A stretch of 64,000 bases of DNA from Eledone cirrhosa (GCA_964016885.1 OZ024741.1:228408001-228472000), one strand, 5' to 3'; shown: positions 40,783 through 54,350, numbered from the stretch's first letter. Notes: generated from the letters alone by a model not told the origin. Made by a program: numbers and translations.

Positions 40783-43461
40783 TATTAATTCAAAATATTA
40801 ACAAATATAGACATTTGTGTGATCAAATATATTTTATTATACATATATTTCAGAGGTACTGAGCTATTTACAACAGTACGCCCTCATCAGATAAAATAAG
40901 ATGATGCTTGACATACCTTGACTATGTTGATGCTTAACATTCAGTCATGGCAGTGAATAAGTTAGGACAAAACTCAATATTTATATACCTTAAGATTGAG
41001 ACATGAACAAATTACATATAACACAGAGAGTGCGTGTGAGAAAGCTTATAAAGTTACATAATAATATATAACTACTAATATAATATAAACCTACATAACT
41101 GTTAGAAATTTAAATAATTTAAATAAAGTAATATATGGATAACATATTATTGTAGAAAGAGGAAGTGAAAGACAGAGAGAGAAACAGATGAGGAGAGAGA
41201 GACTGACTAGAAAGATAGAATATGTTATGCACGAAAGCAAAAGAAAATTGATTAAGGATAGAGAGAAGAGGAGAAAGAAAATAAGTTTTATAGTCTAAAA
41301 CACAGGGAGGGAGACTTGTATTGTCGTAGATAAACAGCGTATAATTAGATGATGTAAAAATATATATATAAATATATATTTGGGCATAGCTTGGTGAATG
41401 AATAATTTCGAATCGTTAAATCATTTAGAAATAGTCAATCAATCAAAATATCAAATATATATCTGGGTGTAGTTATATGACGGTTTATTTTCGAATCCCT
41501 AAGTTAATAAGAAATAGTCAATTAATCAAATATATATATCCCGGCGCATCCGGATGACCGTTAAATTTCGAATCTTTATGTTAGTTAGAAATACTGAATT
41601 AATCTAATGGCATAAGATTTCTGACTATAAAATTTATAAGGGTTTATATTATAGTATAATATCATATTTAAAGTATTTGCAAACATGAGAAAGAAAAGAC
41701 TTAAGATTTTCTTCATTCCGAAGGTAATCGAAATTAAATTATATTAAAAAATTTATATTAAAAAAATTTGATATTAAAAATAATCATTATATAATTTAGA
41801 AAATAATTACAATTATAAAGTTAAAATTAGAATGCTCTTAAGTATCCAAACGCCATATAAGTGTACTAATTTATACACATTTATACAAATTTATACAAAT
41901 TTATACAAATTTATACATGTTTGCAAACACCTTAAATATGATATTATACTATAATATAAATCCTTAACATTTTTTTTGTATTTTTAAATTATAAAGCTTA
42001 TATATTTGACACTTATATGGTCTCGTAAACCATTCATTTATTTATTTTGAATCCGTGTTTTATGATTCAAGAAGTTTGATTTGTATATTTATAGTATATA
42101 TGTATTACATGATCCTAGTTGAATAATTTTTTTAATATAATACTTGACGTAAAACTTTATTTTTAACACTATTAACAGTAATTATATATATTATATATAA
42201 CTGACTAATATCGTCTTAAACTTTAAACAATGTACTCTTTGTATAAATTTAGACAAATGCGTATATCTAGTTTAATAATATCCTTTTCAAGTACACTTAT
42301 ATGGCCTTTGGATACTTAAGAGCATTCTAATTTTAACTTTATAATTGTAATTATTTTCTAAATTATATAATGATTATTTTTAATATCAAATTTTTTTAAT
42401 ATAAATTTTTTAATATAATTTAATTTCGATTACCTTCGGAATGAAGAAAATCTTAAGTCTTTTCTTTCTCATGTTTGCAAATACTTTAAATATGATATTA
42501 TACTATAATATAAACCCTTATAAATTTTATAGTCAGAAATCTTATGCCATTAGATTAATTCACTATTTCTAACTAACATAAAGATTCGAAATTTAACGGT
42601 CATCCGGATGCGCTGGGATATATATATTTGATTAATTGACTATTTCTAATTAACTTAAGGATTCGAAAATAAACCGTCATATAACTACACCCAGATATAT
42701 ATTTGATATTTTGATTGATTGACTATTTCTAAATGATTTAACGATTCGAAATTATTCATTCACCAAGCTATGCCCAAATATATATTTATATATATATTTT
42801 TACATCATCTAATTATACGCTGTTTATCTACGACAATACAAGTCTCCCTCCCTATGTTTTAGACTATAAAACTTATTTTCTTTCTCCTCTTCTCTCTATC
42901 CTTAATCAATTGTTCTTTTGCTTTCGTGCATAACACATTCTATCTTTCTAGTCAGTCTCTCTCTCCTCATCTGTTCTCTCTCTGTCTTTCACTTCCTCTT
43001 TCTACAATAATATGTTATCCATATATTACTTTATTTAAATTATTTAAATTTCTAACAGTTTTGTAGGTTTATATTATATTAGTAGTTATATATTATTATA
43101 TCTTTATAAGCTTTTCACACGCACTCTCTGTGTTATATATAATTTGTTCATGTCTCAATCTTAAGGTATATAAATATTGAGTTTTGTCCTAACTTATTCA
43201 CTGCCATGACTGAATGTTAACCATCAACATAGTCAAGGTATGTCAAGCATCATCTTATTTTATCTGATGAGGATGTACTGTTGTAAATAGTTCACTACCT
43301 CGGAAATATGTATAATAAAATATACTTGATCACACGAATGTCTATATTTGTTAATATTTTGAATTAATATTAATAACTCCGGAAAACCATTACTGTGGAG
43401 TGGTTCTAATCTATTGTACAACTTTATTCATTGATTTATTCATTGAACCTGGTTTAACCTT

Positions 43462-43465
<4 letters not shown>
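40783..43465 (+). mobile_element. PLE-derived fold-back element with ~1.08-kb inverted arms, two HHRs and a 3' tail
   Basis: 40783-41867 is inverted at 42290-43368; HHRs at 40831-40897 (-) and 43257-43321 (+); same family as 38556-39166. Confidence 0.85.
43257..43321 (+). ncRNA. Minimal type I HHR
   Basis: attttat-CTGATGA(43264)-gg..cctcg-GAAA(43303)-tatgta-TA^ataaaat; perfect 7-bp stem I. Confidence 0.75.
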
Positions 43466-43530
<65 letters not shown>

Positions 43531-43536
<6 letters not shown>

Positions 43537-44005
43537 GAAAATAGAGAAATTAATGTGAGCAAAGAGCCAACAGTAATTCATGCATATAAGTCACTATTAC
43601 GTCAATATTTAACGTAAGATATGGAAAAATAATTCAATCTCAATTAAAAAAAAAGTCAAGACAGAAATTTTATCCACAGATTTTGTGTAATCCAGGGAAA
43701 AAAACCAATAGAATCTTAACTCAGAATAAAATTAAGAGTAAATACTTATCCTTCAATTTGGAAAAATCTACAAATGCTCTATATAGTCTTAAAAAGAGTA
43801 TTTTACGAAACTTTTCAGTGGGGTTAGTCACGGTTGGAGTCGTTCATCAGTAGATAACCAAATCCACTGCTAAAATATGCCAAAAGGGAATTTAAAAGCA
43901 GGCTAGTTACACCTCGTGTGGAATTAAGATAATAAACACACATGGAGAACAGGGCTAGTGACGTCAGAATGAGACGAATGACTGTTTACAAGAAACAGCA
44001 GTCAA

Positions 44006-44008
<3 letters not shown>
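43531..44008 (-). mobile_element. PLE pLTR-like fragment with degenerate HHR (43800-43857)
   Basis: Minus strand CTGATGA...GAAA-agtt-TC-gtaaaat; the terminal ~50 bp match the isolated tip at 9961-10012; (TA)n flanks. Confidence 0.55.
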
Positions 44009-44060
<52 letters not shown>

Positions 44061-44357
44061 GTGTGTGTGTGTATATATAGAGAGAGAGAGAGAGGGAGAG
44101 GGAGAGATATGTATGTGTGTATGTGTGCGTCACAATGTATCTTAATAGTGTAAAGAATGTGAATAATGTCAATAATTGTGTTATGTCAATTTACATAACT
44201 GTAAAATTGATTGTTTGTAGAGGACATGATGGTGGTAGTAGTAGAAGAAGGGAGAACTATGACTGGGTTTGTAAGAGGGGAAGAGATGATGAACTTAGAA
44301 GTAAAATGATATGGAGAGATGGTAGTGGCAGGTGGAGATGGAGAGGTGAGAATAGCT

Positions 44358-44608
44358 ATCTATCTATCTAGGGCGGATGAAATTCTCGAGATCCATGGAC
44401 GAGTTCTCTCCAGTGGTTTCTGTCCTCATCATCACCGCCATGTCCTGCGTCTCCAAGAAACCCGTGTCTGTCCTTAAGGCATCAACATATATCAACCTCG
44501 GTTTCCCTCTTTTAGTGTGTCCGTGTAGGGGATCCCACAGGAGCACTGAGTGCAGTGTCAACTCTGAATGTCGGTGAGCATGTCCATTTAACCTTAGTCT
44601 CCTCCCGT
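44358..44608 (-). mobile_element. 3' end of an RTE/RTE-X LINE
   Basis: RRLRLNGHAHRHSEL..SVLLWDPLHGHTKRGKPRLIYVDALRTDTG, then a short (TAGA)n tail. Confidence 0.8.
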
Positions 44609-44734
44609 CAGCTCAAAAGAATAGCTATGTCGCATATAAAAGATAAGAAAATACCCAGAGTCGTGCTCAGCCGAAAAACCAAATAGTAAGGTCGATGCTA
44701 ACACTTTAAATATCGTAAATCAAGTTATGATTAA

Positions 44735-44948
44735 TGGTTTCTAATTTAGGCACAAGGCCAATAATTTAAGAGGAGGGGAAAGTCGATTAAATCGACCCTG
44801 GTGCATTACTGGTGCTTTATTTTATCGATCCCGTAATGATGAAAAGCAAAGCTAACCTCGACGGGATTTGAACTCAGAATGTGAGGGGACGTAACTATGC
44901 CACAAAGGAAGGTGTCCGACGCTCTACTGCTTCTGCCAATCCACCGTC
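44735..44948 (-). mobile_element. tRNA-derived SINE, same family
   Basis: Reverse-complement match. Confidence 0.8.
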
Positions 44949-45464
44949 CTAAATCAAGAACCTGGGGCAGTCTGCGACTAACCCAGGCTCTGCTGCACTT
45001 CGGGCTGGGGAAGGTAAACTTTTCAAATATCGGTCACTCTCCGATAGGTTTTCAGTCGAGCCCGTAGCAGTGGAAACTTCTATTAATCAAAACTACTTCC
45101 TTGGTATGAGAAACAAAAATGATTAATTCAGTTAATTCTGGTGAAGAAGAACAGAAGAGACAGCCCAACGTTCTAATTAATCAAAAACATTATATGGAAA
45201 GTGCAGTTGGTTTGATCGTGCAGTTGGTTTGATCTTCGTAGGATGATGACAACTCCGGACAGAGATTTAATATATCCGAAATTGTTATCATCTTACGAAG
45301 TATAGTCACTTTTCATGCAAAGCACGTCAATGGTTATTTTCAGTAATTCATATTTTTAATTATCACAATCACACAATATTTATTCACACACAATCTAAAG
45401 ATTTCTCAAATCATATTTATCTGTCAGGACTGATGTAGACTTCATGGTAAATATAACATATGAA

Positions 45465-45780
45465 GGCACATGGCCTTATGGTTAGGGTATTCAGCTCACA
45501 ATCGTAAGGTCGTGAGTTCGATTCCTGGCGGCGCGCTGATTCCTTGAGCAATATACTTAATTTCACGTTGTTCCAGTCCACTGGAAAAAATGAGTTGTAC
45601 TTGTAATTCGAAGGGTCTTCCATGTCACATTCTGTGTCACGCTGAACTCACTGAGAACTACGTTAAAGTTACACGTGTTCGTGGAATGCTCAGCCACTTG
45701 CACGTTAATTTCACGAGCAGGCTGTTCCATTGATCGTATCAACTGGAACACTCGTCGTCGCAACAGACGGAGTGCCAGTT
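45465..45780 (+). mobile_element. tRNA-derived SINE (V-domain-like)
   Basis: A box tggccttatgg, B box gagttcgattcc, then tccttgagcaatatactt. Confidence 0.7.
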
Positions 45781-45867
45781 ATTTTTATAACATTTTGTAA
45801 TCATACTTAGAGTTTTATATGTTTGCTCTAATGTTGACAGGGTTTTAGAAAGCATTATAAATTAGCA

Positions 45868-46269
45868 TTTCCAGCATAGTTACGTCCCTTTATGATCTGA
45901 GTTCAAATCCCGCCGAGGTTGACTTTGCCTTTCATCCTTACGGGGGTCGATAAAATAAAGTACCAGTAATGCACTGTGTGATTGCTGGCCTTGTGCCTAA
46001 AGTAGAAACAATTATAAATTAGCATATTCTGATGGACCGTAGATATATGAACTTTAATAATGGTTTCTTATATAGGCATAAGGCCAACAATTGGAGGGAA
46101 ATCGATTAAATCGACCCCCGTGCGTGACTGGTACTTTATTTTATCGACCCCGTAAGGATGAAAGGCAAAGTTAACCTCAGCGGGATTTGAACTCAGATCA
46201 TAAAGGTCGGTAACTCTATGCTGGAAAGCATGGCGTCCGACCCTCTACCGATACTGCCAATCCACCGCC
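45868..46269. mobile_element. Two tRNA-derived SINEs tail-to-tail (45868-46015 +, 46060-46269 -)
   Basis: Family match. Confidence 0.8.
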
Positions 46270-47079
46270 TTTATATGAATTTTAATAATAAAAAAAAATA
46301 TTTTCGTAGTGAGTACAAATGCGCAAAACCTTTCTTGGTTATGTTATTGAAATAAACTTAATATTTGCCTTTTTAAAGGTGTGTGTCTTTAGATATATAT
46401 AGAGCTTACCCGAAAATATATATACTAGCAACATATTAATACATTCTGATACTCAGAATGACTCATTGCTACCTCACTATCTAAATATATCTGGAATGCA
46501 AAACGTTGATAATATTAACATTCATAATCACGAATGGTCTGTTATTGAACATGTGTTTCCTATACTAATGGTTCCATAAGTTATATTCCCTATTTCTTGG
46601 AGATATGTATTACCTATTACTGCATTTTGTTACTTTGTGACGGAATTGATGAAATTTTGTAGAATACAATTTTTCCCATACGATGACGCGTATGTGTATA
46701 TGTGTGTGTATGTGCATATGCATACATACATATGTATGAGTATATAAATATAAACGTGCAAACACAGACACACTTACAAAAATACACACTCAAACATACA
46801 TTCACGCAAACACACATACAGTCACACACAAACACACACACATACATTTACACAAACACACACATACACATACACTCACACAGCGTAGTTTTTTCAACAT
46901 CCCCTTCCTTCCTTTTACACACATATACATTCACGCAGGCAGCAGACGTAAATAGAGGAGTAGTATGAGGTAGCCAAACTACTCCTCTCTCTTTATGTGT
47001 TGTGACAGAATCGGAAACATTTATATATAGATATTTCCGACGCTACTTTTGGACATCTTTTCAACAGCCAGCAAGCTAA

Positions 47080-47430
47080 CATGTCATTTCTTAATGGAAT
47101 TTCCAAGCCCTTAAAGATGGTCCTGTATTTCAAATAAAATCACACATTTCCTTACAAAATACCATGTGGCACAAGGAAAGATTCTTCTTCTTGTCGTGTC
47201 CACAAGAGTGCTAGTTACAAAGTTTGGCGAGATGTGGTTCCGCCACAGCTGAACACATTGATGTCCTTTCTCATTAAACTCTGCCAAGACCAATGTTGTG
47301 CAGGGGTGTTCCAGCAGGGGGAGGGGCATATCAAGAGGTGCTGCGTAATCTGTGGTTCGAAGCCGCAGTCACACACAAGGAAAAGTAATGGGTGTATGAT
47401 TGTGACATAACTTCTTACGACTTCTAGGCA
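47080..47430 (+). mobile_element. Possible decayed piggyBac transposase 3' fragment
   Basis: Broken frames give KPLKMVLY, MWHKERFFFL and KRCCVICGSK..TRKSNGC, resembling the piggyBac C-terminus. Weak. Confidence 0.3.
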
Positions 47431-47514
47431 ATAATTGAAATCTTGATGTATATTTACAAATTATATTTCTATTTATTCGAATATTTTCCTATTATATTTG
47501 TATGTTGTTGCATT

Positions 47515-47875
47515 ATTGGCGGAATCGGTAGAGCATTGGACGCCATAATTTGTAGCATAGAGTTACGACCCTTTATGTTTTGACTTCAAATCCCGCCAAG
47601 GCTAGCTTTGCCTTTCATACTTACGGAGTCGATAAAATAAAGTACCAGTAATGTACTGAGGTCGATTTAATCGACTTTCCCCTTCTCTTCAAATTGTTGG
47701 CCTTATGCCTAATGTAGAAACAATTATTAGCAAAGCTAACCACCCGCCGAGGTTAGCTTTGCTATTCATCCTTATGGTGTCTATGAAATACAGTATCAAT
47801 AACGTACTGGGATCGATTTAATAGACTTTCCCTTCCTCCGAAAATTGTTGGCCTTTTGCCTAAATAAGAAACCCT
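47515..47875 (+). mobile_element. Two tandem tRNA-derived SINE copies
   Basis: Family match at 47515-47728 and 47745-47875. Confidence 0.75.
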
Positions 47876-48433
47876 TTTTTCAATCTGTTTAACAAACTCG
47901 GTTTGGGTGAACGTATGCGTATGTATGTGTGTGTGTGAGTGTGCGTGTTTATGTGTGTGGGTGTATGTGTGTGCGCGTGTGTGTGCATATGCGCGTGTGT
48001 GTGTGTGTCTGTGTGTACCTACAAATATACATGTATGATCTATCTTAGAATATTCTATGATTTGCCATTTTCGAAGGCAACCATCCATCAAGTACCCGAG
48101 TTTACACACATACAAACACGCAATCTCTCACAAACACAACCAAACACAAATACACACACACACACGAACATACACGCGCGCACACACACACACACGCACG
48201 CGCACCACATATACACCCTCACACACACGCGCACACACACATACATATATACACACGCCACACACAGACATATATATATATGCCACAACCACAGCCTATT
48301 ACAGACGTAACGCCAGTCAAACGGAGACGTAACATGATGCTTGTCACATGATTCGCACCTTAATTAGTAAATGGATTTAATTAGTAGGCGGCGGAGTGGG
48401 GGTGGTAAAGTACGGTGTAACATTTCATTTCCG

Positions 48434-48517
48434 TAGTAGTAGTAGAAGTAGTAGTAGTAGCAGTAGTGGTAGTAGTAGTAGTAGTAGTGGTAGTAGTAGT
48501 GGTGGTAGTGGTAGTAG

Positions 48518-48576
<59 letters not shown>

Positions 48577-48589
48577 TTACTACTACTAC

Positions 48590-48628
<39 letters not shown>

Positions 48629-48640
48629 CAGCAGCAGTAG
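48434..48640. repeat. (TAG)n-(TAC)n-(TAG)n compound microsatellite
   Basis: Direct; the central block is the reverse complement of the flanks. Confidence 0.95.
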
Positions 48641-49031
48641 AATATTTGTTGTTGTTTAATCCTAGCTCATTATTGGTCGAGTAACTCTAGTATGAAAGTC
48701 GTTGCAACCTTGAAAATAGTGCCATATCCTATATTAGAGAATACATTATCCAATGTGTCGTTCTTTGTTTAAGATGATTGGGTGTGATTTGGAGGAGATT
48801 TAGCTGCTATTTCAAGCAGAGCGAGTAACCTGGCACAGAACTCCACGTTGGTTTGTAGTACTGCATATGCCTGGAGGTGTTGTTATAGCTGAGATAGCTG
48901 TTGTCGTTGCTTGGCCGACGGCCAGCCCTGTTAGACCAGGCATATAATCAAAGACATTACAGCCAAGACCATCTCCTCTTATTTTCCAGACTGGAATATT
49001 CTAGAACTATCTATTTGTTTCGACACACGAT

Positions 49032-49775
49032 TTTAAAGACGTTGCGCGATCATTTTTGAAGTAGTGACTATATCACTTACTTCTTTTTTCGGCAAAGGAA
49101 GGGAGAGAAGCTGACAGATTCTGTTTCACACTGTTGGTGATCCTCAGAGCAACGTACTCCCCGCCTCTGCCGAAAATTATAGAGGCTGGATTCTTATAGA
49201 ATTCCAGTAATAATCAGCAACTGATTATACAGAGCGATTGCCGGTCCAGCAAAAATTAAAAATTAGGATTGGTTGCTCTGGGGATCACCAACAGTGTGAA
49301 ACAGAAACTGTCAGCTTCTCTCCCTTCCTTTGCCGAAAAAAGAAGTAAGTGATATAGTCAGTATTTTGAAAATGATAGCGCAACGTCTTTAAAAAGTTTT
49401 TAATTAAACAATCGGTATATTGCCAAATACATACATTCATATATACATCACTATTTCAGAGCACCAATCCTAATATATATATATGTTGCTGGACTGGCAA
49501 TAGCTTTATATAATCACATCCTGATTATTACTGGAATTCTATAAGAAACCAGCCTTTATAAATTTTGGCAGAGGATCACCAACAGTGTGAAACAGAATCT
49601 GTCAGCTTCTCTCCCTTCTTTTGCCGAAAAGAGAAGTAAGTGACATAGTCACTACTTTAAAAATGATAGCGCAAGGTCTTCAAAATGTTTTTAATTAAAC
49701 ATACGGTATATTGCCAAATATACTATACATACATTCAGGTATACATCTCTATTTCAGAGCACCAGTCCTAATATC
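49032..49775. mobile_element. HHR-bearing element: inverted copy + ~300-bp tandem
   Basis: 49032-49250 is inverted relative to 49272-49395 and 49485-49680. Confidence 0.8.
49110..49150 (-). ncRNA. Compact canonical type I HHR (GUC cleavage, closed stem III)
   Basis: Minus strand: gct-CTGAGGA-tcac-caaca-gtgt-GAAA-CAGaatCTG-TC^agc. Plus-strand copies at 49275-49315 (core mutated to CTGGGGA) and ~49570-49606 (5' deleted). Confidence 0.75.
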
Positions 49776-49855
49776 AAGTAAAGCAACGGAGTAATTGAAA
49801 ACACTTTCTACTGTGTTTTTCCTCTCTATAAGAGAAAAATTACTCCGTTGCTTTA

Positions 49856-49894
<39 letters not shown>

Positions 49895-49900
<6 letters not shown>

Positions 49901-50822
49901 GGAAAAAATGAAACGAAATTTCATTTCCCACTCTTAGTACGGCTGTTACTTAAATATAAGTATGTATACGTACATACATATATGTATACATACGTATAGT
50001 AGTATGTATATATGTATACATACATGCACACACATATATATGTACGTATGGATTCACCAAAAATTTATTATAATGCTCGGTGTGTTTGTAAACAAACATC
50101 CCGTATTAAGCCGCAGTGTCTAGCAACCACCGTTGCTCGTTTGTTCAACACTGACAAAGGAACGCTGTACTAGTTTCAAGCTTCTTAGCTATCGTCAGCA
50201 ACGTGTGCCTTCCTGCAAGATTGTTGAACGTCCGAAAGTATATACTTTCATTATGCACATTAACGGCTGAGTAGCCCAATTTGCATATCGAGTGGGTAAA
50301 TCGGCCGGGTGCACCGACAACGATAAACGGAAAAAATGAAACGAAATTTCATTTCCCACTCTTAGTACGGCTGTTACATAAATATAAGTATGTATACGTA
50401 CATACATATATGTATACAGACGTACAGTAGTATGTATATATATATACTTACATGCACACATATATATATGTACGTATGGATTCACCAAACATTTATTATA
50501 ATGCTCGGTGTGTTTGTAAGCAAACATCCCGTATTAAGCCTCAGTGTCTAGCAACCACCGTTGCTCGTTTGTTCAACACTGACAAAGGAACGCTGTACTA
50601 GTTTCAAGCTTGTTAGCTATCGTCAGCAACGTGTGCCTTCCTGCCAGATTGTTGAACGTCCGAAAGTACATACTTTCATTAAGCATATTAACGGCTGAGT
50701 AGCCCAATTTGCATATCGAGTGGGTTAATCGGCCGGGTGCACCGAAAACGATAAACGGAAAAAATTGAAACGAAATTTCATTTCCCACTCTTAGTACGGC
50801 TGTTACTTAAATATAAGTATGT
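49895..50822 (-). repeat. Retrozyme-like tandem array, 428-bp unit (~2.2 copies), one minimal HHR per unit
   Basis: HHRs at 50162-50204 and 50590-50632: acgttg-CTGACGA-tagct..agctt-GAAA-CTAG-TA^cagcgt. Homologous to 58190-61317. Confidence 0.88.
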
Positions 50823-50943
50823 TTGTATTTGAGCTTTATTATTGCAGGGTATGTTTATTGAGTATATAACTCTACATTATATAACTCTACATTATATATA
50901 TATATATATTATATATATAACTCTACATTATATATATATATAA

Positions 50944-51288
50944 AAGAGAAAACACAGTTAAGCATTAAAAAAAGGATTTTATACAGGTATTTACGACCGT
51001 TTCATTGGTTAAACGCAAACTTATATCGCTATGCTGCAAATAACTATTTGCAGTATAGCGATATAATGTTGCGCTTACCAATGAAATGGTCGTAAATACC
51101 TGGATAAAATCCTTTTTTTAATGCTTGCCTGTGTTTTCTCTTATATTGTTTATACTCCAAGAATGAACGGGATTTACTTACCAGATTCTTGCAAACTTGT
51201 GGAGTTAACCCTAAGCGTACGCTGGAAACCGTCCAAGAAACTGGCTATCGCAATTGGATTACAATAAGCAATTTTCTGCTTTCCTAAC

Positions 51289-51290
<2 letters not shown>
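50944..51290 (+). mobile_element. Fold-back pLTR-like element (~95-bp arms + tail)
   Basis: 50944-51040 is inverted at ~51047-51142; contains GAAA(c/t)ggTC^gtaaata. Confidence 0.65.
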
Positions 51291-51371
<81 letters not shown>

Positions 51372-51517
51372 TATTACTATGTATATATATACATAGTAAT
51401 AATAATAAATTTGAAGACTAAAATCCGAAGAGGGCTCGATAAGGATAAATATATATCAAATATATAAGAATCGTAGAGCAAAAATTTATTAAAATAACAG
51501 ATTAATATATGTATGTG

Positions 51518-51645
<128 letters not shown>

Positions 51646-51659
51646 TACATATATATGAC

Positions 51660-52215
51660 GCCGATGAATATGTTTTGCAAGGTTTTTGATATGAAATCGT
51701 GTGTCGAAACAAGTATTAATATTGCCAGAAATAAAAACAGATCACACTCACTGTTTGGTTTGGGTTGGTTTTCGCCTCTGTATCTTCTATATCTCCATAG
51801 TTAATTTAATTGGAAATCAATGTTTATAATTGATTGACTAACGGTTAAAAATACAGATATACATATATATATATACTCTATCAAAGTTCTTTCGTCACAC
51901 ACTTTTATTTAATTTATTTATAATAAATAAATAAAATAAAAATGGAGTAGACTTTATAACACAATGGGAAGAAAGACAGTAGTACCACTGATGATGTCGC
52001 AGATGTGTGACGAAAGAACGTTGATAGACTATATATATATATTCATATCTGTACTTTTAACCGTTGATCAATCAATGATAAACATTGATTGCCAAATAAA
52101 TTAACTATGGAGATATAAATAATACAAAAGCGAAAACCAACCCAAACCAAACAGTGAGTGTGTTCTGTTATTATTTCTGGCAATTTTATAACAACATGAC
52201 TCTCCTCAAGTATAA
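51660..52215. mobile_element. Non-autonomous fold-back derivative of the 61640-64000 PLE pLTR, with HHR at 51983-52026
   Basis: 51720-51900 is inverted at ~52005-52185; tacca-CTGATGA-t-gtcgca-gatg-tgtgac-GAAA. Confidence 0.75.
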
Positions 52216-52859
52216 CTATATATATATAAACTCTACTTTGGTATTGTGTACTCGTTCTCACATCCTTCAATATCACACACATATAGATAGATCATCAATA
52301 TCTTCTGGTTGGTGATGATGATGAGGATGATGATGGAGAATATGATGGTGATGATTATGGCATTCATGTTGACAATATTGTTACTATTGTTAAACTATCT
52401 GTCACTGTCCGCCAGTATTGTATCCAATTGTTAGATCGTCTGCAGGACTTGTTTTTGTCTCTTAATGTTCTTATGTTCCTCACTGAAGAAACATATGGTT
52501 TATCAAGCGATTAAAACAACCAGACTAACCCCGATACATCCAAAGTCACGGAAACGACCAAACCCTACCACAACCGACCACAACCGACCACAACCGACAA
52601 TAACCGACCACACACGACCAGACCCAAATACACACGACCACATCCAATCACACGCGACTACTGTAGTCCGAAGCCGATAGCTTCCAGTAATCGACTCGAA
52701 TAATTCTTACTTTCGGCGATTATGAAATTATCTCCCTTGGTCAACCACCTTCCAACACTAGCCCCCCCCCCCCGACTCTCTCTCGCTCTCTCTCATTTAC
52801 TGTCCGCTTCTCAGTCTTTCACACTCTCGCATTTTTATTCTCAGCTAATCACAATTTTA

Positions 52860-52917
<58 letters not shown>

Positions 52918-53394
52918 TTAAGAAACATAAATAAAGAAATATATCTATTTAAGAAACATATCTATCTATCTATCATATGTATTTATGTATTTATCCGCCT
53001 TTTTATTCATTTATGTATCCATCTATATGTCTCGCCCTCCCTATCTCTCTCTCCTCTCTCTCACACTCTCTCTCTCTAACTCTCTCTCTCTCTTTCATTA
53101 TATATATATATATAGCTGCCAGTATAATACTTCTGTGTTTCTGTTTATCTGTTTGTATGTCTATCAGTTTGTGTGTCTGTCATTATCGCCTCCATTTACA
53201 AATAACTTCCGGCTAGTTAATGTTATGTTAAATCAGTCCTGAAAACTTAGCCCTCTACATCGCCACCCCTAGGAGCCAGTGTGTGTGCACGTGTGTGCAC
53301 AACGCCAAGAACAAGTGCAAACTTAAAGACAGACACGTGCAGCGAAGCTCATGCGACAAGCAAATGTGTACATATGCACACGTAGATAGAAATT

Positions 53395-53468
53395 GACACA
53401 CACACACACACACACACACACACGCGCGCACACACACACGCACACGCACACGCACGCGCACACACACG

Positions 53469-53557
<89 letters not shown>

Positions 53558-53801
53558 CAAGTGATACAGATACATATATGTCGCATGTGCGCGTGTCCGT
53601 GTGTGTATGTGAAAATACGGATTTTCTGCGTATATGTATATATATACATATGAAAGTGTATGTATGTACGTATGTATTATGTATGTATGTATATATATGT
53701 ACATGTATGTATATATGTGCGAATGTATGTATATATGTATGTATATATGTGTTTGCGCATGTGTGTATGTATGTATATATGTATGTATGTGTGCATATGT
53801 G

Positions 53802-53833
<32 letters not shown>

Positions 53834-54350
53834 TGTATGTATGTATGTATGTATGTATGTATGTGCGTATGTATGAATGTATGTGTACATGTGTGAATGT
53901 ATGTATGTGTACATGTGTGAATGTATGTATGCATGTATGTATGTATATATACATGTATGTATGCACGTATGTATGTATGTATGTACGTATGTACGTATGT
54001 ATGTATGTATGTATGTATGTATGTGTACATGTGTGAATGTATGTATGTATGTATGTATGTATATATGTATGTATGCATGTATGTATGTATGTACGTATGT
54101 ATGTATGTATGTATGTGTACATGTATGTATATATATATGTATGTATGTATATATGTATGCATGTATGTATGTATGCATGTATGTATGTATGTATGTATGT
54201 ATGTATGTATGTATGTATGTATGTATGTATGTATGTATGTATGTATGTATGTATGTATGTATGTATGTATGCATGTATGTATGTATGTACGTATGTATGT
54301 ATGTATGCACGTATGTACGTATGTATGTATGTATGTATGTATGTGCACGT
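53395..54350. repeat. (CA)n and degenerate (TATG)n microsatellites
   Basis: Direct; source of the long spurious HTYI/MYVC ORFs. Confidence 0.95.
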
